NCBI GenBank assembly: GCA_036785375.1
Contig: JAWMAR010000134.1
Coordinates: forward strand, 5,270,001 to 5,334,000
Length of the DNA: 64,000 bases
Source of the DNA: Leucoraja ocellata
Taxonomy: Eukaryota
Reading direction: 5' to 3'
Shown here: piece by piece, positions 23,131-37,000 of the stretch
Numbering within the stretch: the stretch's first letter is position 1
Layout: the number at the start of each line of letters is the position of its first letter
Translations under genes and position numbers: made by a program
Notes under the pieces: generated by a model
Database searches by the model: none
Told to the model about the DNA's origin: nothing
The model's input: only the letters and a program-made list of their open reading frames with translations

Positions 23131-24204
23131 CTGTTCGATGGAGGGGATCTTTGTTTGCCTCCACCGAACAGGGCAGTGTCCAGTAAATGAGTTATTCTTG
23201 CTTTAAAATTGCATTTTGAACGAGTTGGAATATGAGGAGTACAGAGTCAATCAGTACTTCCACTAGAGATGTGTAAGAAGGAACTGCACACAGCCGAAGA
23301 TAGGCACAAAAAGCTGGAGTAAGTCAGCGGGACAGGCTTTAGTTTAGGGGGTGCGGGGCCCAATTGGGAACAATTTTGGTGACCCCCCCCAGGTTCCCAG
23401 CCAAGGTCTGTCAGCCCAGGTGACCACTCAGTCGTTTTCCCATGTGGAGGATACGACTAACACTAGAGGGCTTAATCATAGGCTTAAATTAAGAGAAAAG
23501 AGATTTAAAAGGGGTCCCTAGAGCATCCTTTTTACTCAGAGAGGAGTCTGTATCTGGAGTGCAGCTAAAGAAGCGGATTCACTGACTTTTAGAAAATACG
23601 TGGAAAGATACATGGATAGGAAAAGTTTCGAGGGCTATGGTCCAAACGCAGGCAAATGTGACAAGCACAGCATGGATAAGACGGGCAGCAGTGCCTGTTT
23701 CCATAATGTAAACCTCTGAATCAACAACACTGACCAGAGAATGTTCAATACGATAATATAAAGTAAGATTTAGTCAACATTTTAGCTGTGCCATCTCTAG
23801 CTTGGTGAGTTGGATGATCAAATGAAGATGATTTATTATGTTTCCGTACATGAACTTGTCTTCGACCAGTTTGATACGACTGTAGAAAGAGTGAGTGTTT
23901 GGGGGAGAACACATGGGATGTGAATATTTCAATTTCATTTTAGGTTCACCCATGTGGCAGCTTCAGTTTATGGGGCAGGGTGTGTAGTGTCAAGACTTGA
24001 TTGCATGTTTTACCATGATCACAGGAGCATCCTTCGATGACAATTTGGAGACATCAAAGTTATGGAGGCCAATCAAAATGTCTTGAAGAAATTTGTGCTG
24101 CATGTTGGACAATAGCTGTGCTCTGGTCTCAGCAGATTTGATGGATATTTGGAAGCAATTTTTATTCATTTTCTGCCCTGGTAGTATTTAATGGGTTTAT
24201 ATCA

Positions 24205-24545
24205 TAATATTATACAGTGTGGGAACATACCTTCGGCCCAACTTGTCTGCACCAACCAACATGTCCCGTCTACACTGGTCCTACTTGCTTGCATTTGGCC
24301 CATATGCCCCTAAACCTGTCCTATCCATGTACCTGTCTAATTGCTTCTTAAACTTTGCGATAGTTCCTGCCTCAATTACCTCCTGCAGCAACGTGTTCCA
24401 ATCACCGACCACCCTTTGTGTGAGAAAGTTACCCCTCGGATTCCCATAAAATCTTTCCCCCTTCAATATAAACGTATGGCCTCTGGTTCTCATTCCCCAT
24501 CTCTGGGCAAGAGACTGTGTGTCTACCCGATCTATTCCTCTTCCT
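24205..24545 (-). mobile_element. CR1/HER1 LINE 3' fragment
   Basis: ORF 24281-24550: GIDRVD...RTRGH...FLTQRVVGDWNTL...[10 protein letters not shown]. Confidence 0.85.
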
Positions 24546-24802
24546 AACAATAAGTATATTTTTAATCCTGCTCATAGTGTGTCTGTCTCATTGTGTTTGC
24601 CTGGATAGAGTGCACACAACTTTATTCTATTTCCCAAGCTCTGTATAGTGATATGTGATTGCTTTATAAACTGGGAAAAATTGTCCAGTACTGAAATTGT
24701 TCAAGGAGGCAATTTAAAAGTAATTATGTTATCTAAGTCAAAGATTTTCTTTAATATAAATCAAACAGAATTTGCCTTCCAAAAAAAAAAGTAAATTTAA
24801 AG

Positions 24803-25077
24803 CTATCTCAGTCCAACAGCGATGAGGCTACTCAGTCTGGAGAGTGGCATCAATGTTGGTCTGTCACGTTCCCAGAGTCCAAAGTAAGTGCGGTCTTCAT
24901 CTTCTGCCTCAAAGGTGTTAGGATCTCCTTCTGCTCCTCCTCCTTCCTCTTCGTCCTCTTCTGCTTCGGTCCCAATTTGCTTCTGTTTACAGGGCAGGGT
25001 GTGTAGTGTCAAGACTTGATTGCATGTTTTACAGTGGTCGCAGGAGCATCTTTCAATAATCTCTTCCCACTCGTCTC
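24803..25077 (-). CDS. GARIN-like terminal exon (275 nt including TAG)
   Basis: Acceptor TTTGTGTGTAG, phase 1; DEWEEIIERCSCDHCKTC...acidic run...FGLWERD...VGLR*; AATAAA on the minus strand at 24626-24621. Confidence 0.6.
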
Positions 25078-28000
25078 CTACACACAAAGCGAACTGATGT
25101 CATGAAACACGCGAGTGTCAGCTATCAGAGCCCCAGTATTATTGTTTCACCTTATCAATATCTTAATTTTAAAGAGCTGTGTGTTCTTTTCAATCAGCCA
25201 CTGACTTTAAATGAAAACTAAAACCTTCAGATTATCTTGATCATCCCAACATGCCTCTGGAATTGGTGTGCTAGCCTGATTATGTTCAGTGAATGTAGTA
25301 TATCATGCTTGAGATGTCCATACTGAATGTCCAAGCACCCTACTAGAGGAGAAGATTAGATGTACTTCCCACAATTCCATTATTATATATTTGATTTTTC
25401 TGAATGTCTCACTTTTTCTTTACATTACGAAAAATACTGATGAACTCCTCAATTAAATGAGTTTATCACTACCCATAAAGATGTACTTTTATTATTGAGA
25501 CCTCTCTGTGAAAGGCTAAGGCCATAGTGCAAGGTGGATAAAATATATTATTAAACAATTTGGGATGGCTATCCTTCCATGCCTATACAATTGTATAATA
25601 GTTATCTTAGTTGTGAATAGTTTAACATAAAATGAGGATATAAAATCAAAAGTGCATGGAATTGAGTGTAATGTATTGGCACAAATTGAAAATTGGTTAA
25701 CAAACAGGAGCCAGTAGGAATAAACGGGTCTTTTATGGAGTGGTTGGCAGTAAGTGGTGGTTACTATTAGGATCATTTTTCAGCTTCAGCTTTTCAAAAA
25801 GATTATCAATGATTTACATGAGGGAACCAAATGTAGATTTTTTTTAATTTGCACTGGTCAAAGTTGCATTATGAATTGTGAGGAGGACACAAAGGCTTCG
25901 GCCAATTTAGACGGATTGAGCAAAAAGCATGTCAGATGAGATATAATGTGGATAGATATGAAATTATCCGAGAATGTTCCCACTGGGCATAAAACTTAGC
26001 AATTGGGAATGTTGCTGCACAAAGAGACTATGATGTGCTTCTACAAGAAGCAAATATAAAGGCCACAGCTGAGTTAAGAAGGCAAATCGAATGTTAGCCT
26101 TCAGGGCCAAGAATGTCCTGCTGCAGTGATACAGAGTCTCATGAAGGATCTTTAATCTGAAATATTAATTCTGTTTCTATAATCTGCCATTGCATATCTC
26201 ATACTGATCCTATTATAAAGAGCTTCACAATTTATTCAAATATATAAACAATCTTGCATGAATTTAATTTTCTTTTACACAAATGATTGAATTCCTGGAG
26301 CCCAACCTGCAGGATTATTTGACTTTTGAAAAAGCAGAGCGGAAGATACCTCTCGGAAATATGAGTTAAAATCAGAAAATAGTTTGAAGTGAAACTTTCC
26401 ACTTGCATATCCTTATGACTTGCAACTAATACACAGACACCTAATTCTCATCCTGTATAATTCCGATAGACCTCACTAACAATCTAATATGAGTTTAGAT
26501 GTAAATAATTGGTGTTTTCTGTTACCTGGGCTTCTTTCTTCTTTCACATCTAGCAATTGTTCAGTTCTTGTCCGTATTTTGTGAGACTCCTGAGTATCGG
26601 GGACCCTGGTAGAAATATGCTCTATTATCATTCTGACCTGTTGACTGGACAATACATTATCATTTTCTGAAACGAGGCTTATGCAACTTTAAAACATCTA
26701 TACCAATGGTAAATCATTTGTAGCTCCTAACTGTTGCCAAATTGGGCACCATTTTACTGTTCATTGGATGGTAAATTCTTTACAAGAAAATATCAGATTG
26801 GCACCATAAGCAATGCATATCAGATTGGCAGCATTTACATGAGTGTTAGGCAGACAGCTACATGCAGTGTTATTTGTTTGTTATAATGGTGACTTAATTG
26901 CTATCTGAGTTCCCTTTCTGATGCAAGGATACTCTATTTCTATAAACTAATAAATATGTGTAATTGCTTACACCGTACAGATTCTACCAGATTGGACAAT
27001 AGTTTATTCCCTGTTGTTATCAGAGTCTTGAACAGACCCTTCATATTCTAAGGATGAATTCCTGAACTTCCAATCCACCTTGTTGCGGACCCTGAACTTT
27101 TAAAAAACTGCACTTTCTGTTTCGCTGCAACACAACATTCTGCACTCTGTTTATTTTCATAGTATGATTTGCTTTGAAAACATGCAAAGTTTCCCACTGT
27201 GTCTCGGTACACATGATGATAATAAACCAATACTAATATTGTTGCCGGATGTTCCATGTGAAAGGAGGCATTCAGTCATTAATATATGCCAAATTTTAAC
27301 AATACTTCACTTTGTGAATGTTGTGTGAGCATTTACTGTATTTAATCAATTTGCACTTATGCAGCCTCTTTGATGTTGAAAAATGTCCTGAGGCGTTCCC
27401 AACACATAAAAAAGGAAAAATAAGATATAAGAGAGTTCAGAGGTGTGACTAAATGTAATAGACATGGAAACGTTGTCCCTCACGTTCCCATTAAATTCTT
27501 CCTCTCTCACTTTAACCCTATGTCCTCAACCGTGATTCGCCTACCCTGGGTAAAATTCTGTGCATCCACCCTATCTATGCCCATGATTTCATACACCTCA
27601 TGTAACCCCTCAGTCTATTGCATTTCAAGGAATGTAGTCCCGCCCAATTTATTTACTTAAAAACCAGTGCAGCAGTTCAACAGTCCCAACAGTAAAATGC
27701 ACTGATTATTTATAGAGTAACAGACACCACTAGACTTGAGAGAATATCTGTACCATACGTGAATATGTAACATTGGCTGAGAACAGCATCCAGCAGTGCC
27801 TTAGTCCAATTTTTATTTGAATATGAAATCAGACCAGAACCTGCTTTAGAATTGGAGGTGGCTCATGTTAAAAACATAAGCAAAAGGCCCAATTCTTCTA
27901 ATAGACTATACTATTGTAAGAATTCCTTACCAATCTTTCACGGAGACTTTGTCGTTATTCTTTCCGGAAACTGATTGTGATCTGATTGTGCATCTTGAAG

Positions 28001-31000
28001 ATTCGGAACTGGGAACATCAGACCCATCATGTGTTTCCTTTCCAACCAACATCTTGTTTCTTTTCCAAACTCCTATTTTAGTATTTGCTGTAACATTGCT
28101 CCTGATGGGAATGTTACGGTCGGGTTTCTGTGCATCATAAGTGAATTTCTCAGAGCTAATGACTGAGGTTGAGGAGCTCCTTGAATCACACAGGGAGGAC
28201 TTGGGGAGGTTGATATTGGCATCTTTGAATGTTATTGAGAGTCCGGCATAAATTATGTGAATAAGTTCTTCCCAGAGCTTGAAGACGTGGCCAGGGTGCT
28301 TGTCCTGTAGCTGGAGGTAAAATGTGCTACGATTGGCCAGGACCAGCTTTAAACAGCGACTGACCTTTGCATGCACACTCAATCTGACCAATTTCATGGG
28401 AAGCATCCTTTCATAGGAGACAAAACAAAACATTCAAAAATCTTTTCTCTGATATTTTGGTTTCTTAATCAGTTGATAAAACCAGTATTTTGTGCAGAGC
28501 AAAGCTATACCAATTAACAAGCTTGTAAGAACACATAATAAATATGGTAGATAATCAGAACCTTTTCCCCAGGGTGGAAATGTTAAAGACCAGAGAGCAT
28601 AGTTTCAAGGTAAGAGGGGCAACGTTTATTCACAGTGCGGTGGGTGGCTAGCAAGGATGATATTGGAAGCAAATATGATAATGGCATTTAATAGGCTTTT
28701 AGATAGGCACATGGATATGCAGGGAATGGAGGGACATGGATTATGTGCAGGCAGAGGAGATTAACTTGGCATCATGATCAGCACAGACATTGTGGGCCAA
28801 AGGGCATTATCTCGTGCTGTATTGTTCGACGTTCTATAATAAAAACTTTTTATTCTATGGGTTTTTTTCTTACCCCTTAGATGGAGGAGGTCTGAGGGGT
28901 AAGTTTTTCCACAAAGGACGATGAATATCTGGAACAACTTGTGCCTGATGAGGTGATAGAGGCAGATACAACTGCAATGTTGGAAAGGAATTTATATAGT
29001 AAAGGCATATACAAACTAATGCAAGTAAATCGGATTGGCATACATTGACATCACAGTCAGCATGGAGTAGATGGACTGAGAAGGCCTGTTTGTGCTAGAC
29101 TATTATATGATTCCCTGGTTAAGCAACTCATTTTAGCATCTTAATTCTCTGGGGTTCAGGACTGGAATCTTGCTAATTCAGAGAAAACTGTTCTGAACAT
29201 TATAATTGAGTAACCAATCAACAATTTAGAAAACTGTCTCACTATCACCTGGTTATCTTCATATATCCTTCTCCCTCCGTCCCTTTGGATTCAGGATTTC
29301 TGCTGGCCACGATCAAGATGTTCGGAAGTGGTAAGAATGGAACAGAAGCAGTTATTCCTAAAGTCAGGAGTGTTGGGATGTTGTGGATGTCCACAAGATT
29401 TCCACGTCTAGTCACCTGTATTTGAATCAAATATTAAATGGTCAAAATGTCATCTTTCTGGGCACATCCCATCCCTGGGCACTACATGTAACATGTTCAT
29501 TGAGCATTTGAGTGAGATGGGTGAAGAGCTGCTGTAAACACTGTTCAACCTCAACATAAATTGTCATTGAAACAGTACACGGAACAATGATGATGCAATA
29601 AAGCAATTACACAATTGTATATAGAAAGGTCCCGACATGACCCGAAACGTCACCTATCCATGCTCTCCAGAGATGCTGCCTGCCCTGCTGAGTTACTCCA
29701 ACGGTTTGTGTCCTTTTGTGTTAACTAGCATCTGCAGTTCCTTGTTTCAACAGAAGTGTAGTTCTGGATTGGAAACATCTCACAAACATAAACAAAACTG
29801 GATTAGTGTTCAAGCTTGTGTTCCTAATTGACATGAGCAATATCACTGAAACAGAATAACTGGTAATTTACTACATCTGATATCAGGACACAGATGAGCA
29901 TGAAATAGATGATTATTTGGCTAAAGTGCCCAAAATCGAAATAATATGTATAACATGCAAGGAGATTTAATTCATCATGTATGTGTTGATCAAAAAAACA
30001 GCTAACCAACCTAATCACACCTACCAACACTTCATCCATAACCCTTCAGTGATGAGGATTTCTTCCTCTACTATCCTTTCAGACAGTGGGACTTGACCTT
30101 TACATTGCCCTGGGAGGTGGAAAAAAATCATCATCTTCCATCTAAGCATTTTTCAAATTACTTTAAGTCTATCCCTCCTGGGGTTTGCTCCACAGCTAAG
30201 AGAAGTAGGTATTTTGTTTCCCCTCCCCCTCCCCCTCCCCAATTAAGCTTCCCCTCAGCTTTTGCTGTTCCAAAGATAATAGCCTCATCCAAACCCTATA
30301 CCTAATGCATCCCATCCAATATTTTCAGCGCTACAATTTTCCAGTCCTGACAACATCCTCATAAATCTATTCTGCGCCTTCTCTTGTGTAATCATAGAAC
30401 TGCATACAACATTTAGGTTATGGCATGACATACTTTGTTAATACCTCCAGCATAACCTCCTTTCTCTGGTATCTTATACTTTGGCTAATGTAGGAAAGCA
30501 TCCTGTTTGCCTTTGTAACTCCCTTATTAACCTGTCTTGCTACTTTTAAAGAGGTATGAACATAAATGCAGAGATCTCTCTGTTCTTCTACACCTCAATA
30601 TCCTTCCATTTATTATATATTTGCTTGTTGCACATCCTCAAATCTATTACTTCTCTTGCCAGGATTAAATTATGTCACTTTTCTGACCAATTGACCAGTC
30701 CAACTACATCTTAGGGCAAAACATTGCCAGTTCCCTGTCAACAGCATGATCAATAGTTTAAGAAGGGTCTTAAAGAAGGAAATATAGGGAGAAACCCACA
30801 CACCCACTGTGGCGCAGCGGTAGAATTGCTGCCTTACAGCTCCAGAGACCCGGGTTCGATCCCGACTACGCATGCTGTGTCTACGAAGTTCGTACATTCT
30901 TCCCGTGACCACGTGGGTTTTCTCCGAGATCTTCAGTTTCCTCCCACGCTCCGTACAGGTATGTAGATTAATTGGCATGGTGTATGTGTAAATTGTCCCT

Positions 31001-34000
31001 AATGTGTATAGGATAGTGTTAATGTGCGGGGATCGCTGGTCGGTGCGGACTTGGTGGTCCAAAGGGCCTGTTTCGCGCTGTATCTCAAAAAATTATTTAA
31101 AAAAAATAAATAAATATAGAAGAAAAAAAAATGTAGAGAGAATTCCTGAGCCCAGGGCCTTGTCAGCTAAAGTTAAAACTTATAGGCAGTGAGTTTCCGC
31201 CAGTGGAGGATCAATTCAATTAAGGGATGATCAGGAGGTCAGAATTGAAGAAGTACTGTTTTCTGAAAGGATTGCAGGACTGGAGCAGATTACAGAGACA
31301 AGGGCAGAGTAGATCTTGGAATGAGCTGCAAACAAAGTGAGAATTTTAGAAATCATCACACTGTATTTAGGAACCCTGGTTGGCAATAAATGTGCTATCG
31401 CTAGAATCATTTGATGTCAGTTTCAACGTATGTAGAATTTTTGATAACAACAAGTTTGTGAATAATAGAATGTAGAAGGCCTACCACAGTCTATTTGAAA
31501 AGTCACTGGAGGTAGAATGGCATAGCTGAGACTTTCAGCAACAGGTGAATTGAGATGTGCAGCAGGGCCACACTATGTCACAGAAGTAGAAAATAAGTGA
31601 CACTGGTTAGAAAGATCATTTCTGGGTCAGAACAGACATCTAGTTGGAGATCACCATTGTTCAGTTTAAAACAGATACCAGGCAGAGGGATGACGTCAGT
31701 AACAAAGTCTGTGACCAAATTTAGCATATGGCTTCAGCCGATCCAATATTCAGTGTGATGAAATATCTGTTCATCCAGTGCTGTTTGTTGGATAAGATGT
31801 TTGACACCATAGGGTCAGAGAGGGGCTGACTTGAAATGAAATTCTTGGACTGGCTAAAGGAGTTACTAAAAAAGATTTTGAAATTATCAAATGACATTTG
31901 TGCAAAGCAGCAATTGACAAAAGAAGCAACATGTGGAGATATAATCCAAAAGAGAAAAAATACAGTATAGGTTTGGAAGGATGCTGTTATATTAATATCA
32001 AAAGTACAATCAAGGAAAGGAACATGGATAAATGTTACACCAACTCTGAAATTATCCTGATTTCACATGTTTTATATATAACTTTTAAATGTATTTGGAT
32101 GGCACAGAACTCATACAGGAGCCAAACCAGCGCTCAATGAAAATGGAAATTGAACTTAGCTTAAACTAAATGTTTAAGAAAGAACTGCAGATGCTGGTAA
32201 AATCGAAGGTAGACACAAAATGCTGGAGAAACTCAGCGGGTGAGGCAGCATCTATGGAGAGAAGGGTCTCGAACCAAAATTTCGGCAATTCCTTCTCTCC
32301 ATAGATGCTGCCTCACCCGCTGAGTTTCTCCAGCATTTTGTATCTACCTTAGCTTAAACTAATCCTTAAGTGATAACAAGGAAAAAGGGATTAAAAAGAA
32401 TTGTTATGGACAAATAACAGCAAATAAACAACAATGAGAGAAAATGCTTGAGAATTATGTAGAGAGAAAAAATTAGAAAATATATTGTTTAAGGGAAATA
32501 TAAGCAAAATGTAATTAATTTTCCTTCCAATTATGCAAATTTAGTTTTTTTACTTTTTGCCATGAGCAAGACATTGGGAGATGAACTAGTTCTGGATTTT
32601 TGATGAAACCTGAATGTAAATCTAAATCACAGTTTGCATCTCCATACTATAACAATGAATCCTACTTTTGATATCACATCAGGAAGATATTATTAGTATT
32701 GTGGACAAGTTTCCTGAGCACCTTGCAGTTTAATCAGTCTGACCCGGTTTTCTAAACTGCACCCACATGGCTTGAGCTGTGGATGCTTGCCAGAGTTGTA
32801 GATTTGTTCATCTTTTCCCATCCTTTTATTTTTTTGTACTAATCTATGTATTGAACATCAAAAAGTCAATGCAATTGTGTGTCACATATACTAACATAAA
32901 TGTTTACCTGACTTTTCTTGTTTTTTTAATCAGGTTCCACCAGGTTAATTCCCCAGATGACGTATGATGAAAGAATGGGTCGACTGGGCTTGTATTCACT
33001 GGAATTTAGAAGGATGAGAGATGATCTTATCGAAACATATAAAATTCTTAGGGGATTGGACAGGGTAGATGCAGGAAAAATGTTCCCGATGTTGGGGGAG
33101 TCCAGAACCAGGGGTCACAGTTTAAGAATAAGGGGTAGGCCTTTTTGGACTGAGATGAGGAAAAACATTATCACCCAGAGAATCTGTGGAATTCTCTGCC
33201 ACAGAAGGCAGTGGAGGCCAATTCACTGGATGTTTTCAAGAGAGAGTTAGATTAGCTCTTAGCTCTTAGGGCTCAGAATAAAGGGATATGGGGAAAAGGC
33301 CGGAACGGGGTACTGATTTTGGATGATCAGCCATGATCATATTGAATGGCTCGAGGGGTCAACTGGCCTACTTCTGCACCTGTTTTCTATGTTACTCGGA
33401 AGTTGAATTTAGTTCAAATGTCCATGGAGTTCTCTGGAATTTACAGCCAAACGTTCAAATATTGACATTTTATTTGCAGCGTGCAGTAGTAAATGAACAT
33501 TGTTTAACCCCCTATTTTCTCTCTCTCATCTTTCCCCATTCCATTACCTTTGCATGGAGATCTATGATTTGCTGCCAACAACATCTCATCTACTGATTTT
33601 TGTCTCAGCTAGTTTGAAATTTGTTATAGTGCAATGCAGTCTGAAGGATTACACGTTCCATTCAGTGAACTATATAAACATAAAAATGATCTTGACTCAA
33701 TGCTAGTATTTCAGTCACTGAACACTGCTTTGTGATGTCATGAGGGGAGCTGCTTGAAACCAGGACATGTTGTGACATAATAAATATTGACCAGCTGCTG
33801 GACAATCCAGTGCTATCCCATAGAGAAGATGTATTTCCTAGAGCTTTATTAAGCGAAGTAAGTTGTAAATTGAAATCTAAGATCAATTACAGTTATTTTG
33901 GATGATATGGAGTAATGTAATAAACTTTTGGCCACGATGAGATGTGTAATCCACTGCAGGTGTGGTAATGATCTTAACATGTCCCAAGATAAGCCCATTT

Positions 34001-37000
34001 TTTAAACCATATAATAACAGCCACTTTTCCAGGTTGATATAAACTTTTTCCAGGATTCCTCTCCTAGATTTGCTCTCCTAGTTCCTCTCCCAGTTTTGCT
34101 GTCCAATGATGTATTGCTAAAGATCATTCTGAAGACTTTGATTGAGAACAACTGGGATCTCATTGTGATGATCTTAACAGCCAAATATAAAACTCAGTCT
34201 CTTTGTAACCGGACCTCTGGTGCAACATGGGTTATTGTAATACATTTGTGTTTTACACTGTACTTCAACATCAGCAGGGTTGGATTGCACCTGAAAGGTT
34301 ATCTCACTTTTCACAGAAGCTGATAAACCCACTCTAAACTCATGGCATTTCTTAACTTCATTAAAAACATTAATGTAACATTAACTGACCTGCCTATCAA
34401 CCTAATTAAACATTTCCTATCTGCTAGCAAAAACATATGTACAGAATAAGGGAAAATGTTAAAAGTAAATTTTCATTTTTTTTTTTAATTGAACATTTAT
34501 AGAAACAGAGGTGGGAAAACAGTACCTTTGTTTCTCGAAATGTTCTTTTTTTCAAAAAAGAATTGAGAATTGACTTTTAAAATTAATAGAAGATTTCAAA
34601 CTGCTTTTGAACATTACATTTGATTTATTCATTCCACATGAATAATAATTATTAATATAATAAACATATAACCAATACAGGGAGTGTCATCAAACTTGCT
34701 CTGGTGCTCTTTTACAAAGGGCTCTTCCATGCTTTACCATACATAGACAATCACCCTAAGCTCGACTGAAGCAGTTATGAACCCTGAGTTTTTTTCATGA
34801 TCCTTCAAATTTCAACACGAGTCCTGTCTCTTGGTGCTCCCAACACAATATTGAATCTTAGTCACACTTGTTTGCAGTGTTTGCACATCCACGTGCATCT
34901 AATGAGCCTTACTTCAAAATGAGAAATTCTCCTGCTCAATTTCTGTTTAGTAATCTTATTTAAGAAATTAACAGTCCTTTTGATGATATTCAGAAATGAA
35001 ATCAAGAAATCCTCTTGGGAATTTGCAAAGACGTGGGGTGAGGCTTACGCATCAAAGGAAAATGGCAAAATTGAGATTATTCAAATTTTTCTTAGGTGAG
35101 ATTATTATGGGCTATGGAACCAAAATGGATAACTGGAAGGTATAGAAAAACAGACATCATTTAATTTAACTTTTATTTCTATTGTCCAAATTGTAATAAT
35201 CTCCAACTCATCTATGACTTTCAGTGGATGCAGAACAATTTCTCCTTTTTATTGAATTAGTATTTTAAAGGTCCTGACTTAGACTTTACCCCTCTCCCTA
35301 TGTTTTCAGATCATAATTCTTGCCTGTCATCCACCCATCATATTCAGACTCCATCACTGGCATCCTTTTCACTAAAAGCTTATAAACACAGTATTCAAGA
35401 ACTTCCCAATTACTCAGAGTCCAAAACACAACCATGTGCTATACTCTATTTGTTGCTGCCATAGAATTTGTAGCATCAGCTCAACTCTCTTAAGAAATGC
35501 AGCAACCACAGTGTGGTACTGTACCACATGAACTTGAATTAAACTTTAAAAAAAACTACCTCATCAGTTCTGGGGAATTAAGGAATAGTGAATAAATTCT
35601 GGAATTTCTAGCAATGTCCCTTAAACGAATAAGCCACTTTCCTATTTGAGGAGGCCTGGATTATTGATCCAAGAATCCCACAAATGCAGTTTAAGTACTT
35701 AAATGCAAATGTTTGAAATTGCTGAAAAAAATAATTAGTATTAGTAATGGTGAATATGGGTGACAAGGAAAATGTTGGGACAGTCATATAAAGCCCTCTG
35801 ATTCATTGATGTCCTTCCGGGAAGGAATGTCTAACTTTCTTGCCTGATAGGATGATTCCAGACCCTGTAAGGTGATTGAATCTTAATGGGCCTGTCCCAC
35901 TTAGGTGATTTTTTAGGCAACTACAGGAGACTAGTTTGTCGCAACGTGTTCGCGGGTGGTTGCCGGGAGTAGTCTCCTCAGTCGTGCAAAAAGTCATAGC
36001 TGCATTCTGGTCGCCGCTAAATTTTCAACATGTGGAACATTTTTCGGCGACAGTGGGTTTGACGTCAATGAACATAGCTTGACTTCTCCTGACGTAGGTG
36101 CTGATGTAGGTTGTCGCCAGGATGACGTAGGTTGTTGCCGGTTTTTCAACGACCTGCTATGACTATGACAGTCGCCGGCAGTTGCCAAAAAAATCGCCTA
36201 GTGGGACAGGCCCATAACATCTAGCTATAACGCCTACGCAAACCACTTATTCCGAGGGGCAGGTTGGAGAATGGATGTTGACTTTGACAATTATGTCTGT
36301 GTGGATACTTTAAATAGGGAACTCCACTAGGTGTAATGTGGACCGTAGACATAAGAGATTACAAATGCTCGATTCTTGAGCAAAAAAGAGTGCCGGAGGA
36401 ACTCAGCAGGCCAAGCAGCATCTGTGGAGAGAAAGGGACAGACAACATTTTGGATCAGTGTAAAGAAGGGTTCCTGATTCAAAACATCATCTGCCCATTT
36501 CCCTCCACAGGTGCTGGCTGGCTTGCTGAGTAACTCCAGCACTTAGTTTTTTTGAATCTGCACTGCGTCATTTACCAAAGTGTTCCGTGGACACCAGGAG
36601 ACAGCTGTAGACCAGTAATATATATTATGGTATGTGGAAAAGTAACATTTTCCAACATGAGAACAATCAAATCTCTCATGACCTCAATTCCAAAAAATCA
36701 ATAAAGGTAACACTTACTTTGCACTTTCAGCTTAGGTGAAAGCACCTTACAACAGCCAAGCCTGAGGAAGAACCCTCCCTTTAAATATTTGATGGTGAGC
36801 TTGACTCACTGAATTTGTAATCGTAAAGTTACCTTCTGACTCACGAGAAAGAAATTCTCAAATATATATTTCAGCCAAGACTCCATCTACATAGATTTCA
36901 CCTGACCCTACAGACGAGGCAAGGAATGGCTCAATTACCAGGACCAGAGGTATCTAAGGCGTTCTATTCATTAACAGTGGAATTCTCCACCACCTGATTT

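Noticed and set aside
23066-23206. 46-codon ORF with good Kozak context, divergent from the CALU promoter
   Set aside because: No homology recognised and no convincing splice donor; CGCCAT is better explained as a YY1-like motif in a CpG island.
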